The notes under the pieces: generated by a model | What the model saw: only the letters and a program-made list of their open reading frames with translations | The model's database searches: none | Told to the model about the DNA's origin: nothing | DNA from: Camelus ferus | Lineage: Eukaryota | Assembly (NCBI RefSeq): GCF_009834535.1 | Contig: NC_045697.1 | Location: 87,794,001 to 87,858,000, forward strand | Direction: 5' to 3' | Length of the DNA stretch: 64,000 nucleotides | In this document: piece after piece, positions 1 to 14,376 of the stretch | Numbering within the stretch: the first letter of the stretch is position 1 | How the letters are laid out: each line of letters begins with the position of its first letter | Program-made: the position numbers and the translations under genes

Positions 1-1050
1 AATGCATTGTAGGACATATTAGGCTGCTGTAAACATTGCCTTCTTCGTAGGGAAAATATTAGCCAAATATTGCCAGTTTGAACAGACTCATTAATTATAA
101 AGTCACACCAGCATTTATCAGAGATGCTCTACTGATTCCCATGTTTTTCACTTCAACAAATTCAGAAAATACAAATATCTATTTTGAAACAAGTATACTT
201 AGAATCCTCCCCATCCTAGCTTCCTGAGAAAACCACACTAAGTATAACGTCATTTTTGGTGTTTAATTCCCTGACGTGCCGTTTCACAATTGCATATGGT
301 TTTCCTAAAACTTCAGTTGTTTTCAGTTATTACCCTAAATAGATGGAAATTCATAACATCACTTGCTGATTTTAGTTAAAGTTTAGTACTAAATATACTT
401 GAGAAAAAAAGTGTATGTATTTTACAATGAGATAACTGTGAAAGCTTTGGCCCCATAGACTGGCATGTCTGATAATGCCACATTTCAGCAACTTCATGAG
501 CAAAATCCAATTTTCTCTCCTGTGGTTTTGATGATTCATAGGTCCATTCCTGCCTCTGGATCAAGACCATATTTTATCAAGAATCTTGTAATATCTTCCC
601 TTGTTCAGTAGTGAATTGCTTCCTGCAATGTTCTTTTTCTTGATAACACCTGTACCAAGCTGTTGAGGAAGCAGTTTACAGAGCAATACTTGAAAACAGA
701 TTCTTGTCTCTTCACCTGAATGGAAGGAACATTTCACTGGAAAAACATTGCTTATAAAGCCAAATTACTCTTAACCTCATCTACATATAATTTTGGTTGT
801 ATTACTAAAATTAGTCACTATAGTGAAAAAATTTCATGTGCATAGCACACTGAAAATTGAACCCTTGGCTCAAGATATCTTATTTCTATGTCATTTATCA
901 TAGTAGTTTCATGAGACCATATATTTCCTAAACTTGGAGGAAAAATAATTTAAAATATTTTTATTGGTATACAATGTTTGCAGTGCCAGATTATAATGAA
1001 TAACTTCATCTTTGAGAATGGTCAAAAATAAACTGTGAAAGTATGCCAGA

Positions 1051-1107
1051 TCTATCCATCCATTCATCTATCCATTCATCCGTCCTGCCCACCCATCATC
1101 CATCCTT
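1051..1107. repeat. degenerate (ATCC)n simple repeat
   Basis: tctatccatccattcatctatccattcatcc...catcatccatcc. Confidence 0.7.
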
Positions 1108-3009
1108 TATTCTCATATTCTCTATGTGGAGATATTTGAGACTGAGGACTGGGGGAGAACATATCACATTTTCTGCAGAGCTGAAGAAAAGGCATGGAGG
1201 TTGGCATTAGACTGCAAAATGGAAGTTGGAACATAATTCTACATTGAAGGATGTGGTCATTAAAACTCAGGAAAGGGGAAACAGAATAAAACACATCATT
1301 TGTTGAAAGAAAGTCCACTTAAAAACAAGACTTACTGCAATTGTACTGTCACAAACATATGTGAAATGCATCACAAATGTACTCAATAATTACTTTCCTC
1401 CAGAAATAGCTAGTATGCAACACAGAAGCCCTCTGACATCAGCCCTCTGCTTTTCTAATAGGAAATAAATCTTTGTAACAGCTGAGAGATAAAGGAGGAA
1501 TTATCAGAAGAGACTAAATATCCAAATCAAGGTCCATAGGATAAAAAATACATAAAAAATAAGAAGCTTCTCTGGTAAAAATAAAGAAAACAGATGGAAA
1601 AAGCGACCCACATTTTAAAATGACAGTAAGTTGAGACTGATTCAAGAAAGGAAAATATAGAATTTGGACTTAGAATTGGGTAAGAAATCTCTAGCTTTAT
1701 CTATGTTTGTACACGCAGGTAAATTATTTAAATGTATTCTAATGTATACATATATTTAATTGTCAAGTGGACCTAAATGTTTTCTCATGATTAAATGAGA
1801 TAATGTATGAAAAATAATTAGGATTTTGTCTGAAAAGGCACTCAATAGATATTAAATTTCTTCTTCTTCTTTCTAATTCCCTGGAGATTGTTTATTATTG
1901 CTTTAAAATTTTCTAAAATTGATTGCTGATATACTTACGTTCATTCTTTTTTTTTTTAATCATAAAGGATTTTATAACTTTGGCTTTGTCTTTAAAATCA
2001 TCTCACTTTTGTTATGTTTTAGCTTTGGTTTTGTCCTTTATTTGTTTAGTTTTGGCTTTGTCCTTTATTGCATTGTGGCCAGAGGAGAAAGACTGTGCAA
2101 ATTCCACTTTAGGTCATTTATCTGAGATTACTTTTCTGCCCTCCATGTGCATTTGCTATCTGTGCATACACTGTTCGTATTCACCAGATTCTTGGCATTC
2201 TCTTGTCTAATGTTTATGTTATTGACATTTATGAGTGTCCCTGAAGTTACATAACATATAGTATTTTTCAGTTTTTCTGAGGCCTACATTTGTCATAAAC
2301 TTAATGTCATAAAACTAGAGGATCAGGAAACGGTAACTGGGAAGTAAATAGACCTAGTTGTCCACAGAGTATCTTAACTTCAACAGAGGTGGGAGCTTTC
2401 TGAGGGCTGTCGGGTACACCACAGATCTCATTAGGTGCAAATAATTACAAAATATTCTCCGTTGTGCAATAGTATAGTTCGCAAAAGAGATTATATTCTA
2501 TAAGGCTTTTCCCCCTCAAGTTCATAGAGTAAGAACACACTTGAAATTGTGTATGTCAAATAAATCTTATCAATTTATTATAATTTTCTGAGTTTATAGT
2601 TTTTATTTGCTCTACAAGGGTTAAAGATGCTTCAGACCTTTCTCAGAAATAGTAATACTGTCAATTTTTCCTTATTTTCAAATTCTTTTTGTCTTATGGG
2701 TAAAGACTTGTATGGTCCATAAATGCACATGTACAACATTTTGTTACTTGACACATTGCTTCCAGAGTCACATTTTTTTGAGGATTTTAACTCTTTAACA
2801 ATGTAAAATAACTCTTCTATTCTAGATTTTGGAATTTGGCCTTAATTTCTACTTTGTCTGATTTAATACTGCCTCTTGGTTTTCTTTTTATTTTTTTTAA
2901 CTTCATAAATATACTAGTATCTTTTTCTTGGTAATGATTTGTATTATTTTCAAGATACAGTTATTTTAAATAACTGATTGTTGGATTATGTTTTAAAGGG
3001 CAATCTGAG

Positions 3010-3560
3010 TGTTCTTTTTTTTAATTTTAAATTAAAACATTTAAAATGAGCAATGCATTCAAATGACACAAAATCTAAAATGTACACAGTGGTATATAGT
3101 GAAGAGCCTTCCTCATAATATTACCTCCTGGATCCAGTTTTCCCTTGTTAAGACATGCTTATCAGTTTCTCTTGTTATCAATTTCCTGTGTATCTTTCAA
3201 GAGATAATTTATGACTCTGTAAGCCAGTGTACAGACATACATTATTTTGCACACATGAACACACAGGCACACATATTATTCCTGTGTCTGGCCTTTTTCT
3301 TCCCTTAAAATTAACTTTATAGATTATTCCACGTCAGTACATAATGAGTCTCTTCATTCTTTCAAATGGCTGCTTAGAATTCCATTTTGTATGCAGGCAC
3401 AATTTAGTCACCATTCCATAGATGTACACTTAGGTTCTTTTCAGTGTTTTGATATTACAATTTTGCAGTGAATAACCTTCTATATACCCTTCTTTCCCTG
3501 TTACTAATGTATCTATAAAATCCTATAACTGAAATTGCAAAGTCAAGGGGCATTTATAAT
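3010..3560 (-). mobile_element. old L1 (L1ME-like) 3' end fragment
   Basis: antisense L1 3' motifs 'tcattctttcaaatggctgc...attccatt', 'gatgtacacttaggttcttttcag', 'gaaattgcaaagtcaaggg'; boundaries approximate. Confidence 0.7.
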
Positions 3561-3642
3561 TTCTTTGTCAGAGAATGTATATTATTTTTTTCCATTCTTG
3601 AGTCAGTAATACACCACAAATTACAGAATTCAAAGGAAACAA

Positions 3643-4165
3643 TAGGGTAGGCAGAGAAATTGCTCCTCCTCTCCCTCCCCTAAAGATGTCCACATCTTTA
3701 TCTCAAGAACCTTTGAATACGTAACCTTACATGGATAAAGGAACTTTGCAGGTGTGACTAAAGTTGAGGACCTTGAGATGAGGAGATCATTCTGGATCAT
3801 TTGGATGGGCTTGATTTAATCATACAAAATCCTTGAACTAGAGAGTGTTTTCTGGCTGCAGTTAGTGAGAGACTTGAAGATAGATGGACAGAGAGATGAG
3901 ATCTTGCTGTCTTTGAAAGCAGAGAAAGGGGACCACAAGCCAAGGAATACATGTGGCCTTTAGAAGCTTGAAAAGACAAGAAAATGGATTTCCCCCTGGA
4001 GCCTGCTGAAAGGTAAGCAGCCCTCCTGACACCTTGCTTTTAACTCGGTGAGAAGTGAGACCTTCTCAGACTTCTGACCTACAATATTGTACGATAATAA
4101 ACCTGTGCTGTTTTGGTCCCCCAAATTGGTGGCAATTTGTTAAAGCAGCATAGAAAATTAAGAAA
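3643..4165 (+). mobile_element. MaLR solo LTR, MLT1D-like
   Basis: 'aaagatgtccacatc...gaactttgcaggtgtgactaaag...ccacaagccaaggaat...tagaagcttgaaaagacaag...aataaacctgtgctgtttt...tttgttaaagcagcatagaaaa'. Confidence 0.85.
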
Positions 4166-5119
4166 GGCGGAAAAGAGAAGGAGTACTTCACATACTCCCT
4201 CTGCTAAATAAACAACTCATTCCTCTCACTAGATGGAACTTCATCTCACTGTATGGGGCCCCCTTACATGTTTTCTGAGACATCTAGACATTTATAAGCC
4301 TTTACATACCATGTGTCATGTGTTCAATTTTTAAGTGTGAAATTAGGATGCATCTTACAATCAAGTGAAATTGAGTTCTTCTCAAGAGGACTTACATTTG
4401 CTTCTGCCAGTCACCTGAGGTGTTATCAACCTGACACTACTTCAAATTAAATTACCGAGGTTAAAACTCTTTGGTTTTTTTGAACAACATCAGTGATGCG
4501 AATTCAGTCCACAAAGCCTACATGAGTACTGGCTTGTGGTTCGAATTCCAGTAGGAGATGATTTTTCCCTTTCCAGATCGTGTCAAATTTGAGACATGCT
4601 AGTTTTCCTGCTATTTCTCTGCCTATTGGGTTTAATTTTCATTTACCCACTAGTGAGGATGTAGCAGTTTGGTTATAGCTGTATGTGTGTGTCATCAATT
4701 AGATTCTCAGTCTTGGTTGTTTATTCTTTCTCCTTATATGAATTGCAAATTGCAATGGATAGTCTCTTAGATTTGATGAAATGTACTGTGTAAGAATTTC
4801 ATTCAGTGGGAAGATCTGTGTTTTCCTCTGTGCTGTAGTCTTTGATGATCAAAAGGTTTGTCAAGTTGTTGGTTAAAAGAGAGATAGCAGGCATCATTGC
4901 AACCATGCATATTAGTCTTTATTTTCCACTATTTAATCTCAGATTTAGGCCATCACCAATATGAACCTCATCATTGACAATGAGGACTGTTGACTTCCAT
5001 GTGCTTGAATGTTGGCACACATGAAAAGAGCAGGGGGGCTTTGCCATGAAATCTAGACTTGTTGCTCCCTTCAGAAATATCCAGGACATTTCCTTCCCTC
5101 ACTTCTCTTCCTACTTTGG

Positions 5120-5720
5120 ATTCATTATTTACTACTGCTCTTGTATTTCTGTTTTGTGTTCAATTTCATTTTGGCAGAGCATCCCACTGATGCTTCTGGA
5201 GAGAGGAAGGTGAGATCTTTCAAAGACTGTTTATGGCTCAAAATGTTGTTATTCTAATCTTCCTCTATTTGATTGCTATTTTGAATCAAATAGATCCTAC
5301 TATAGGAATCCAAGTTGGAAGTAAATTTCCTTCTGTATTTTGAAAGCACTGCCACATTATTGCTAGTTCCTGATTGTTAATGGTAGAGTGTGGGGGCCAT
5401 TTGGATTCCTGATCCTTTAAATGCGACCTGCTTTTTTGTTTGCTAGGTTTTTCTTTTTTTCTTTTTTCTCTGGAAGCTATTAAGTTCTTGTCTGCATTTC
5501 TGTACAATTTTACAGTGATATGCTTTGCTGTGGTCTGCTCTCAAATGTTGGTTTGGGCATGAAGTGGGCCCTTCTGTTTTAGAAACTCATATCATTCTAT
5601 ATTGTGATATTATCTTAAATTATTTTATTAATGATTTTCTCCCTCACATCGCTATGTTTTTCTATATTCCTTTCCTCTCTTTCAACCCCTATTATTCAGG
5701 TGTTGAACCTGATTATGAAT
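5120..5720 (-). mobile_element. ancient L1M/HAL1-like fragment
   Basis: 'aaaatgttgttattct...ttggaagtaaatttccttc...ttttgaaagcactgccacatt' resembles antisense HAL1/L1ME; similar pieces at about 6520-6900 and 8380-8760. Confidence 0.5.
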
Positions 5721-6942
5721 GGGGGAGTAAAAGTGATTGGAAACATTCGACAAGTGGATGAGATTGCCAGCTTCAAACTTCATTGCAGGGTGAGCCGAGA
5801 GATAATGACAGTTTGCATCTAACAATTCTTTGTTTTCATTAAGTACAAAGGTATTTGTGCTTAGAATCCTCCTTTCCAGATAATTTCTATTTTACTTTTT
5901 CTGGACATTAAAACTTAGGATTTCTTTAGGGATGCAGAAAGAGTAACCACCTAAAGTCATGGAGTAGGAGAAGCTATCCGGGGCTTTAGGGCTCTAACTA
6001 GTCCTCGAATGTCTTTAATGTCTTAAAATGTCTTTCTTCCAACTTTCATCTTATTTTAACACTGCATCCTTCACTCCAATTCTAAACTTACCTGATTCTG
6101 CTGCATGCTGAAGCTTTTCAGACGTTTTCCTCTTTAAATTGGTTTGTTTCTGAGCTCTCCCCATTTCTGGCTTTAGTTCTCTCTGTCTTGAATCTGTATA
6201 TAAAGTGCCATTCAGTCATCTGATTTCTTGATTTGGAAATGTTCTTGTTTACTCTTTTTCCTTCATTCTTTCCATCCTTGTGGATTTATTTCTTAAAAAG
6301 CAAATCACTTTAAAAAAGTTTTATTCTTAAGAAGAAAAGAAATTAAATCCTTATATTTAATTTTATGTCAACTTGAAATTTGCTTTTTCTTTCTTTTAAT
6401 GAGTGGAATTTTAACAATTTACTTTCACTGTAGTGTGGCAGGCTGATAATGACCCCCAAAGTTATGGCCACATCCTAATATACTAAATACTTAATTTTTG
6501 TTCAGCTTTCAATTGGCAATAATGTGCCTCAAGTAATATTTTCATGAAGGATTGGTGGCTAATATATTTTTAAGTGCTCACATATTTCATAATGTCTTTT
6601 TGTTTTGTTATGAAATACAATTAATCATTAATAAAAAGCTTGGATTAAGATACTTTTCCCCAAATTCTCTAAAACATTAGTCTATTGCCTTTGGCATTCT
6701 ATATAACAGATAAGAAGTATGATAGCTTACTAATTTTTATTTCTTTATTGATAGATTATAATTTTAATTCCCTGGATGCTTGAGAATTTTTTACTTAATC
6801 TTCAAAATCCAAACATTTTGCTTTTTCCTCTGTAGTTTGGAGGGACTTTTAAATTTTGTCCTCCATGTCATTAGGATTCATTCAAGTTTTTACAAAGCAA
6901 ATTTAGACTCCAATATTCATTTTATTTGAATATTGCATTTTT

Positions 6943-8360
6943 CAGCTTTATTGAGATATGACTGATATATAACATTGTATAAATATAGACAGATATGCAT
7001 ATGTATAACATAAATATAAATCAACATACAATATGTTGATTTGATTCACATATATTTCAGAATGATTACTACCTTAGTATTAGCTAACACCTGCATCATA
7101 TCACATAATTATCACTTATTTTTTATGGTGAGAACACTTAAGATTTACTCTCTTGGCAACTTTCAAGTGTATAATACGGTATCATTAGCCACAGTCACTA
7201 TGCTATTTATTAACTTATTTATCTTAGACCTGAAAGTTTGTAATCCTTAACTAGCATCTCCCCTTTCCCTCCATCTTTCAGCCCCTTTCTAATCTCTGTT
7301 TCTATGAGTTTGGTTTTTTAAAATTCCATATGTAAGTGATATTATACAGTAGCCATCTTTCTCTGTGACTTATTTCACTCAGTGTAATGCCCTCAAGATT
7401 CATCCTTGTTACAAAGGCAGGATTTCATTTGTAGGGCAGAATAATATTCCATCTTCTTTATCCAGTCATCTGTTGATAGACACTTAATCTCCACAGCCTG
7501 GCTGTAGTAAATAATGCTGCAGTAAACATAGAGGTGTGCACGTGTGTCTTCTAGATACTGTTTTCCATTTCTTTGGATGTCTACCCAGAAATGGGGTTGC
7601 TGGATCATATGGTAGTTCTATTTTTAATTTTTTTGAGGAACCTCCATATCATTTTCTATAATAGCTACACAATTTACTTCCCACCAACACAAGAGTTCCC
7701 TTTTCTCCACACCCTTATCAACGCTTGTTATTTCTTATCTTTTTGATGACAGTCATCCTAACAGGTGTAAGGTAATAGCTCATTACGGTTTTGATTTGCA
7801 TTTTCCTGATGATTATAGTGTATTAAGCACCTTTTCATGTACCTGTTGGCCAACTGTATATCTTCTTTGGAAAAATGTTTTTTCAGTACCTCTGTCCATT
7901 TTTTAATTGAATTCTTCAGGGGTTTTTGTTTGTTTCTTTGTTTGTTTTGCTATTTAGTTGTACAAGATTTTAAATCTATTTTGGATATTAACTCCTTATC
8001 AAATATTTGACTTGCAGATGTCTTCTCCCATTCCATAAGTTATCTCTGCATTTTGTTGATGGGTTTCTTTGCTGTGCAGAAGCTTTTTAGTTTGCTCTAG
8101 TCCCATTTATTTATTTTTGCTTTTGTTGCCCTTGCTTTTAGTGTCATATCTAAAAAATTATTGCCAAGACCAAGGTCAAAGAGCACACTCCTTGTGTTTT
8201 ATTCTAGGAGTTATATGGCTTCAGGTCTTATGTTCAAATATTTACTGCAGTTTCAGTAGATTTTTGTGTACAGTGTAAGATAGATGTCTAGTTTCATTCT
8301 TCCACATATGGATATCCAGTTTTCCCAATACTACTTGTTGAAAAGACTATCCTTTCCCAT
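6943..8360 (-). mobile_element. 5'-truncated L1 (L1MA9-like 3' UTR plus ORF2 end) with target-site duplication
   Basis: 'gctttattgagatat...ggtgagaacacttaagatttactctcttggcaactttcaag', 'gctggatcatatggtagttctatttttaatttttttgaggaacctcca', 'gctgtgcagaagctttttagttt'; TSD tattgcattttt at 6931-6942 and 8368-8379. Confidence 0.92.
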
Positions 8361-11300
8361 TTTTAAGTATTGCATTTTTTGTTCCTTTGCAATCTCTTCT
8401 CACCTCATTCTCTTTAATCTCTCTTAATTTCTTTTCATTCTCTTCTCACAGTATTTTCATTTCAATCTGTGCTTTCTATAAGTTTCATATTTTTGTCACA
8501 TAGCAGTTATATTCTCTTGTTTCCAATTAGGATTGAATAAAATAGTCCAAAATTTTCTACTGCTTTTGGTTCCTCCAGTTGGTAATTTTCAGAGTTTTGC
8601 TAATCTTTTTAATGTCTTCTTTCCCTTTTCCATTTTTTTCCATTTTCCTCATGTACATATTTTATTTTTATTCTTTCACAAATAATATACACCAGTCTTA
8701 ATTTGTCATCAAAGAGTAAGCTCTGTTCTTGGCCCCGTTCACGTTTCTTTTGAGTCCTGCTTGTGTTATCTTCTACAAAGCACAGATGGATGATATGCTA
8801 CAAGTTCAGTTACCCATACTTATTGCATAACAATGGTTGCCAGATAGATAGGGGCTTCTGGTACCCTCACTGCTGTACTTTCTAACTCTGCACAAAGTTA
8901 GTGTTAAAAAAGCACAGTCATGTTACCAAACTCTTCTTTAATCTGTTCCTCTGGATAGCTCTCTAATGACAAGATCTGCACATCAGTGTCAACGTGCCAT
9001 GCTCCTCTAACCCTGCCCAACCTCTTATCCTGTTGCTCTTTGGGTTTTCAGCCTCTGATGGAAGAGATGTAAAGGAGGAGATATTCAAGGTGGTACGGGG
9101 CAGCAGTACTCCAGCAATCTCAAGAAGCAAGACACATCCCTGCATTTTTTGCTTAGTCCAGCTATTGCATATCTGATTCAAAGGATGAAAGATTTTCTAC
9201 CTACTTTCAGTCATACGGGCTGAGTGGGCCATATTATTATTTTTCAACTGAGTTCTATCAAGCTTATGAGTAGAAATTCCTCTTATAATCTGGTAACTAT
9301 TTGGTTGCTAGTCTTAGGATTTGATTAATTCCATTAATTTCATAGTATACAAAGATAATTTAGTGAGAAGTTGGGAGATGTTTTACCAGGACCTGGCAAA
9401 CAAATTCTATAATAAATTGGTAATTAGGCACCTTACATATGTATAAGTTAATAAAATTGATTACTTTCCCCTTGATTCTGTCACCACTTCCTGCCGTAAC
9501 AGGAGCATATCCCTCGTGTTAGTTGGCATATGAGATATACTGGTATAGCATTAAAGTGAACCCCAGTTAGAAGGCTTGACAATATTCCAGAAATAAATAA
9601 TGACACACAACGTGGTCTCAGATGTTCTCAGCCACTTTGCCCCAGTGCTAGAGAATCACTGAACTATAGAAAAATAGACTCTGAGGCACAGCCTTGTTTT
9701 ATGAATATATAAACTGAGGTTAAAAGAGTTTAAAATAAAGATGGAAACAAGGTCTTTTAGCTAGTTTGAGATGGAAGATCTCGAAGTTAGAGCTCTTCAC
9801 TGTCCATCTAATAGTCATCTCACAGTGCAGTGATGTTCTTTGTAGGGTGGAAAGCAGAGGAGGGAAAGCTCTACTTGATGTTTCTTTGTAATTGAAGCAG
9901 AGACTTCTTAGCCATTAACTAACGCAGCATGGAATTCTCTTTTCAAGTGAATGACTGATGACTATAGGATGACAGTCCAGAGCTTGAGATCTCTTTACTA
10001 AAATCTAAGGGCTTTAAACTCTCTTCCAGTGAGGACCACTTTAAGACAATTCAGGGACACCAGGTGCAGGTCTAAGAGAAAAGTTATGGGGACTAAGCTA
10101 ATGGACTCCATGTAGAGAGAAATGTTGAAAAATTATCTCATATCTTTCTCCTTTTCCCTTTAAGCCTGCCATCCAATTGACACATTCAGAGCATTGTAAA
10201 TGACATCCTGCTTTGCTCAAAACACCATGAGTCTTCCAGTCTGACTCCTGTTCCTAAATTCCCAGTTGAACTTCAATATAGTGTTTGTGAAAGAAAGTCA
10301 GGGCTAGTTTATCCTGATTCACCTTTGAATAAACTTGAAAATTGCCAAAGCAAACTTAAAGATAATTTTACTATAGATCAGTCATGGAGATTTGCTAAGG
10401 GGAGAGGTCTAAAAATTAGATATGTCCAGCTTGACTTGTGGACTGGTTTGTTTGGTCATTGTGATCATCTGCCCATCACTTTCATGATTTGGAGATAAGA
10501 ACTGATTCCTTTTTTTAGGGGAGGAAAACATAAAAAGGGAAGCAATTAGATTGTATGATTTGGGGAAAGGGCATAGAATAAGTAATTACCAGAAAATAGA
10601 ATTGAAAGATAACAGTTTTAGCGTTTTTGTTTATTTACTGTAACTTTAAGGCCATTTGACTTGAAAGGAAAGATTTGCAGATTTGAATGACCAAAAAATA
10701 AATTTGGCAAATACAATTTTTAACTGAAGTCATTTAACTCATTCTCTTTTCCTCCACATATTCCAAGGCATCCAGTTTCTTAAGGCCTTGCTTATAAAGC
10801 CATTCAGCAGTCTATGGATTATAACAGGCCAACTATTGATGGCAGAAATATGCATTCTTACATTCATTTTAACAAACATGTATCCTGATGGAGTATCTCA
10901 TCTTAAGGGCCATGCACTTTTCTCAGCATACAAATTTGGCTAATATATAGCTCCTTCCTCAACAAATTTATAGTCCAGCTGAGAAGACAACAGATGAAAA
11001 GATAATTATGATACGTACAGAACTTTATCGGTTTTAACTTCAATTGCACGGCACAGAAATCGGTTTAAGTGAAAAAGGCATTTTTTTGGCTTATGTAAAT
11101 GAAATGTTTCAAGGTATGTCTCCTTTTCATTGCGACACAAGTGCATTCACATGAGGTCACCATCTTTTGGCCCCACGGAGTAGTCCTGGCTTTGCCAGGC
11201 TCACATCATTATCGTAGCAAGTTCACAGGGAAATAGAGACTTTGCTTTCCCTGTAGCGCAAACAGGAATCAAATATCATCATCTTGAATTGTTCTGGTTT

Positions 11301-13199
11301 GTTTTGCAAATGTCTCCCTTAACCTTGAGTTTCAGCTGGTGTGCCCAAGCACACTGGGTACTGTAGTAGGGCTGGTATTCCTTGAATGAGTTGTACATGT
11401 GCTGAGGTATCAAATCTCTTCTGCCTTAGAGTGCAGTCTGGCAGGACCTGGGTAGCCAGAGACCTGGGCTAGTCATCTCTGGCTGTCAGTAGCTTAATTT
11501 TTTATCTTACTGTGGCATGCTAATATTATCATTTTTTTTTGTAGCCAGCCTGTGGATAAAGATTGGAAAGTGGTGATTTAACCAATTTTCATCACTAGAG
11601 AGATACAGTGCTTTGCTCAGCTCTATCCTTGAAACTGGATGGTGTCAATTTTATGTGAATTCTATAGATGGAGAGTGGGGAAAGGGGTGTGATTCCTCAA
11701 GCACACATTTGACAGGTTGTTAGCAGAATTAGGGAGTATGAAACAACAAATGGCCACTCAATGCAGTGGTAGAGATCTGGCTCTATGTTTCACTGTCAAG
11801 AAATTGGAACTTTCTTGTGTTCTAGAAATAAAATACCACAGAGCTTAAGTTTGAACTGTTTCTCCAGGTATACATTGGCAAAATATCTGTAAAACCACTG
11901 CCTTTTTACATTGCACTAATGAAATTTTAAGATAGTTTTTATGAAAATACCAGTTATTAACTTACAAAAAAAAAAATCAACGTTTTGCATTAGTTGAAAA
12001 AAAAAGTAAGCATAAGATAAAGAGACGGAAGACTTGAGGTGGAATTTTTCAATGGAAGGTCACCCCTAGGTGCAGTCCTCTGCTCCATGGGAGTGATAAA
12101 TACCTAGTGATTTCTGAATTGCCATCATTTATAGGCCTGGGACATGCTTTTAACTCTCTGGGGGACTGCTAAGAAATTGGTTCCTTCGGATTATTGCAAA
12201 TAAGAAGATCTGATTAGTCAATTATCCCTTTGTCTGGAAGAGGCCATTAAATTTGATGAAGGAAGCTGTCAATGCACTAAAAGGTACGACTGAGTGAAAG
12301 GTGAGAACAAATGCTGACAAGTATGGTAAACATAGGACACACCTGACAAGACCCAGGACAAGCTGAGCAAATGGCTCATAAAGCTGATTTAGCAGAAGGG
12401 TGGTCAAATCCTTCCTTTCAAGTGATTCGACTTTTTACTAAGCATTTATGTAGAGACAGGGTCTACAGAGGAAGGTGGACTACATGTTTTTACCAGATTT
12501 TGCAGACATCAGTCTTGTTTAATCATTCTTTATTGTAGCACTAAATCTATTAAATTCTTATAGTCTTTTTCCCTTTACATAAATATTTTTCTTACTAAAA
12601 TCAGATATTCACTCTCTCTCAACCACAATAATTGTTTTTGACAGGTACTCTTCTATGTCCCTTTTAAAAGTCATGCAGAATTGGGTCTCTGTTGTAGTGA
12701 AGGTTGGCATAAGGTAACGATTTAGAAGTAATTACAAAGAGAAGGTGGCCCAAGGAAGACCCAACAGCTTCCCCCTCTACTGAGAAACTTTATAGCTACT
12801 GCTTTGTTGTTATAGCTGATTTCATCCCACAACCACTACAGTAATAGTCCTTATTAATACAAAGGCCTCTAAAGGGTTTGGGATTTATTTTGCTTTTAAA
12901 TAAGCACCCAGACATTTAGATGTTTATTCAAAGTTTGTCTAAACCTCATTAGTCTGGAAAAATGCTGAAATTCGTGAATATTTTGTAGCTTCTTACAAGG
13001 TTTGTAGCTTTGAATTGCGCTGGAAGACAGTGAAACCAAACTTCTTGGTAACTTTTCACAGTAGTCTGATACTTTCTCATCATACTGTCCAATGAGACAT
13101 CTACATGCCCATTGTTTTTTTAAGGCTGTGGTCAAATGTTGAGTTATGCCTTGTGGCTTGGCTATCATTGCGACTGGGCAAGGGCAGCTCTCTAATTTA

Positions 13200-13615
13200 T
13201 ACTTAGTAATGTAATGCTAGCTGCTGAAACAAATAAAGCCCAGATTCTTTGTGGCTTAACATCATAGAAATTCATTTCTCACTCATATCAGATCTAAGTG
13301 GCAGCATGGGATCTTCTCCCTGCAGCATGTAGGGACCGGGCTTAGGAAACAGTTGGTGTTCACAGTCACTCCCAGCCTCAAATCCTGCCTGCAGGAAGGA
13401 GAAGAAGGAAGTGCAGAATCTCATGGCAGAATTTTTAAAAATATCAGTTTGGACAATTTCCACTCGCTGGAACTGAGTCTCAGGGTCCTACCCCAAATTA
13501 AAAGGTGTAGGAATATGTAGTTTCTTACTGGACAGGGGGCTTCTCAAACACAGTTGCACACAAGGAAAGAAAAAAGCATAGATATTTGGTGGGCAGTTAG
13601 CAGTCTCTCCACAAC
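13200..13615 (-). mobile_element. old MaLR LTR (MLT1J/K-like)
   Basis: 'gctgctgaaacaaataaagccc...gtggcttaac...tttctcactcat' start and 'atatttggtgggcagttagcagtctctccaca' end. Confidence 0.65.
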
Positions 13616-14146
13616 CTCTGCAGGACACAACTCTGCAGCTACAGGTGCTTATGACATATGTGTCTGAATGGCAAACTGCCTTGGAAATAAATCTTCCCCA
13701 CCTGTCCTTGGACCTTCAGTTTAGGCAGCCAGAAAAAGTTCCTTCCAGAATTTTTTTATGCCCAAAGTTTAGGAACAGTGAAAAGAAAATCTTCAAATTC
13801 CCAATTGCTTCATTGTCTTAGGAATCCATACCACCTCTGAGAACATTCTGTCTTTCGTATTGACCAACCTACATGGCAATGACCACAGTCCCAGTCCATA
13901 AGATGGTCCACCCATAGTTTGGGAGGGCTTTTTGACTTTTCAGTGACCTGAGGTCTCCGTGAATTCCAGCTCTTGGCTGGCATGTGCTGAAGATTCATGT
14001 TACAGAAATTTCTCTTGGCAAGCAAAACTAACATCGTAAATTTTAAAAACTGAAAAGGTTCCTATGGAATGAGATTTGGGGGGGGGGAATGTGTGTGAGC
14101 CATGTGACTGTTTCCAAAGCTCGCTCAGTAATAAAACTAATATTAT

Positions 14147-14376
14147 TAATAGTAGTAGCATGACCACTTATCCAGGGCTCTGTTCAAAGTGCACTGGAAG
14201 TATTAAATAATTTAATCCTCACAACCATACTGTGAAGAACCATTATTATCTCCGTTTTACAGATGAGAGCACTGAGGTGCAGGGATTTGCCCAGTGTCAG
14301 ATCCAGGAAGTGGGAGAGCCAGCATTCTGAATCCAGGAATCCAGCTCCAGAGCCCCGGCTATTCACAACCACACTG
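14147..14376 (-). mobile_element. MIR SINE, near full length
   Basis: 'tttaatcctcacaacc...attattatctccgttttacagatgagagcactgagg...ttgccca...gaatccagg...ctccagagcc...aaccacactg'. Confidence 0.9.

Noticed and set aside
2018..2070. 27-bp tandem duplication giving a repeated 'FSFGFVLY' peptide
   Set aside because: It is an ordinary T-rich slippage duplication and the peptide repeat is incidental.
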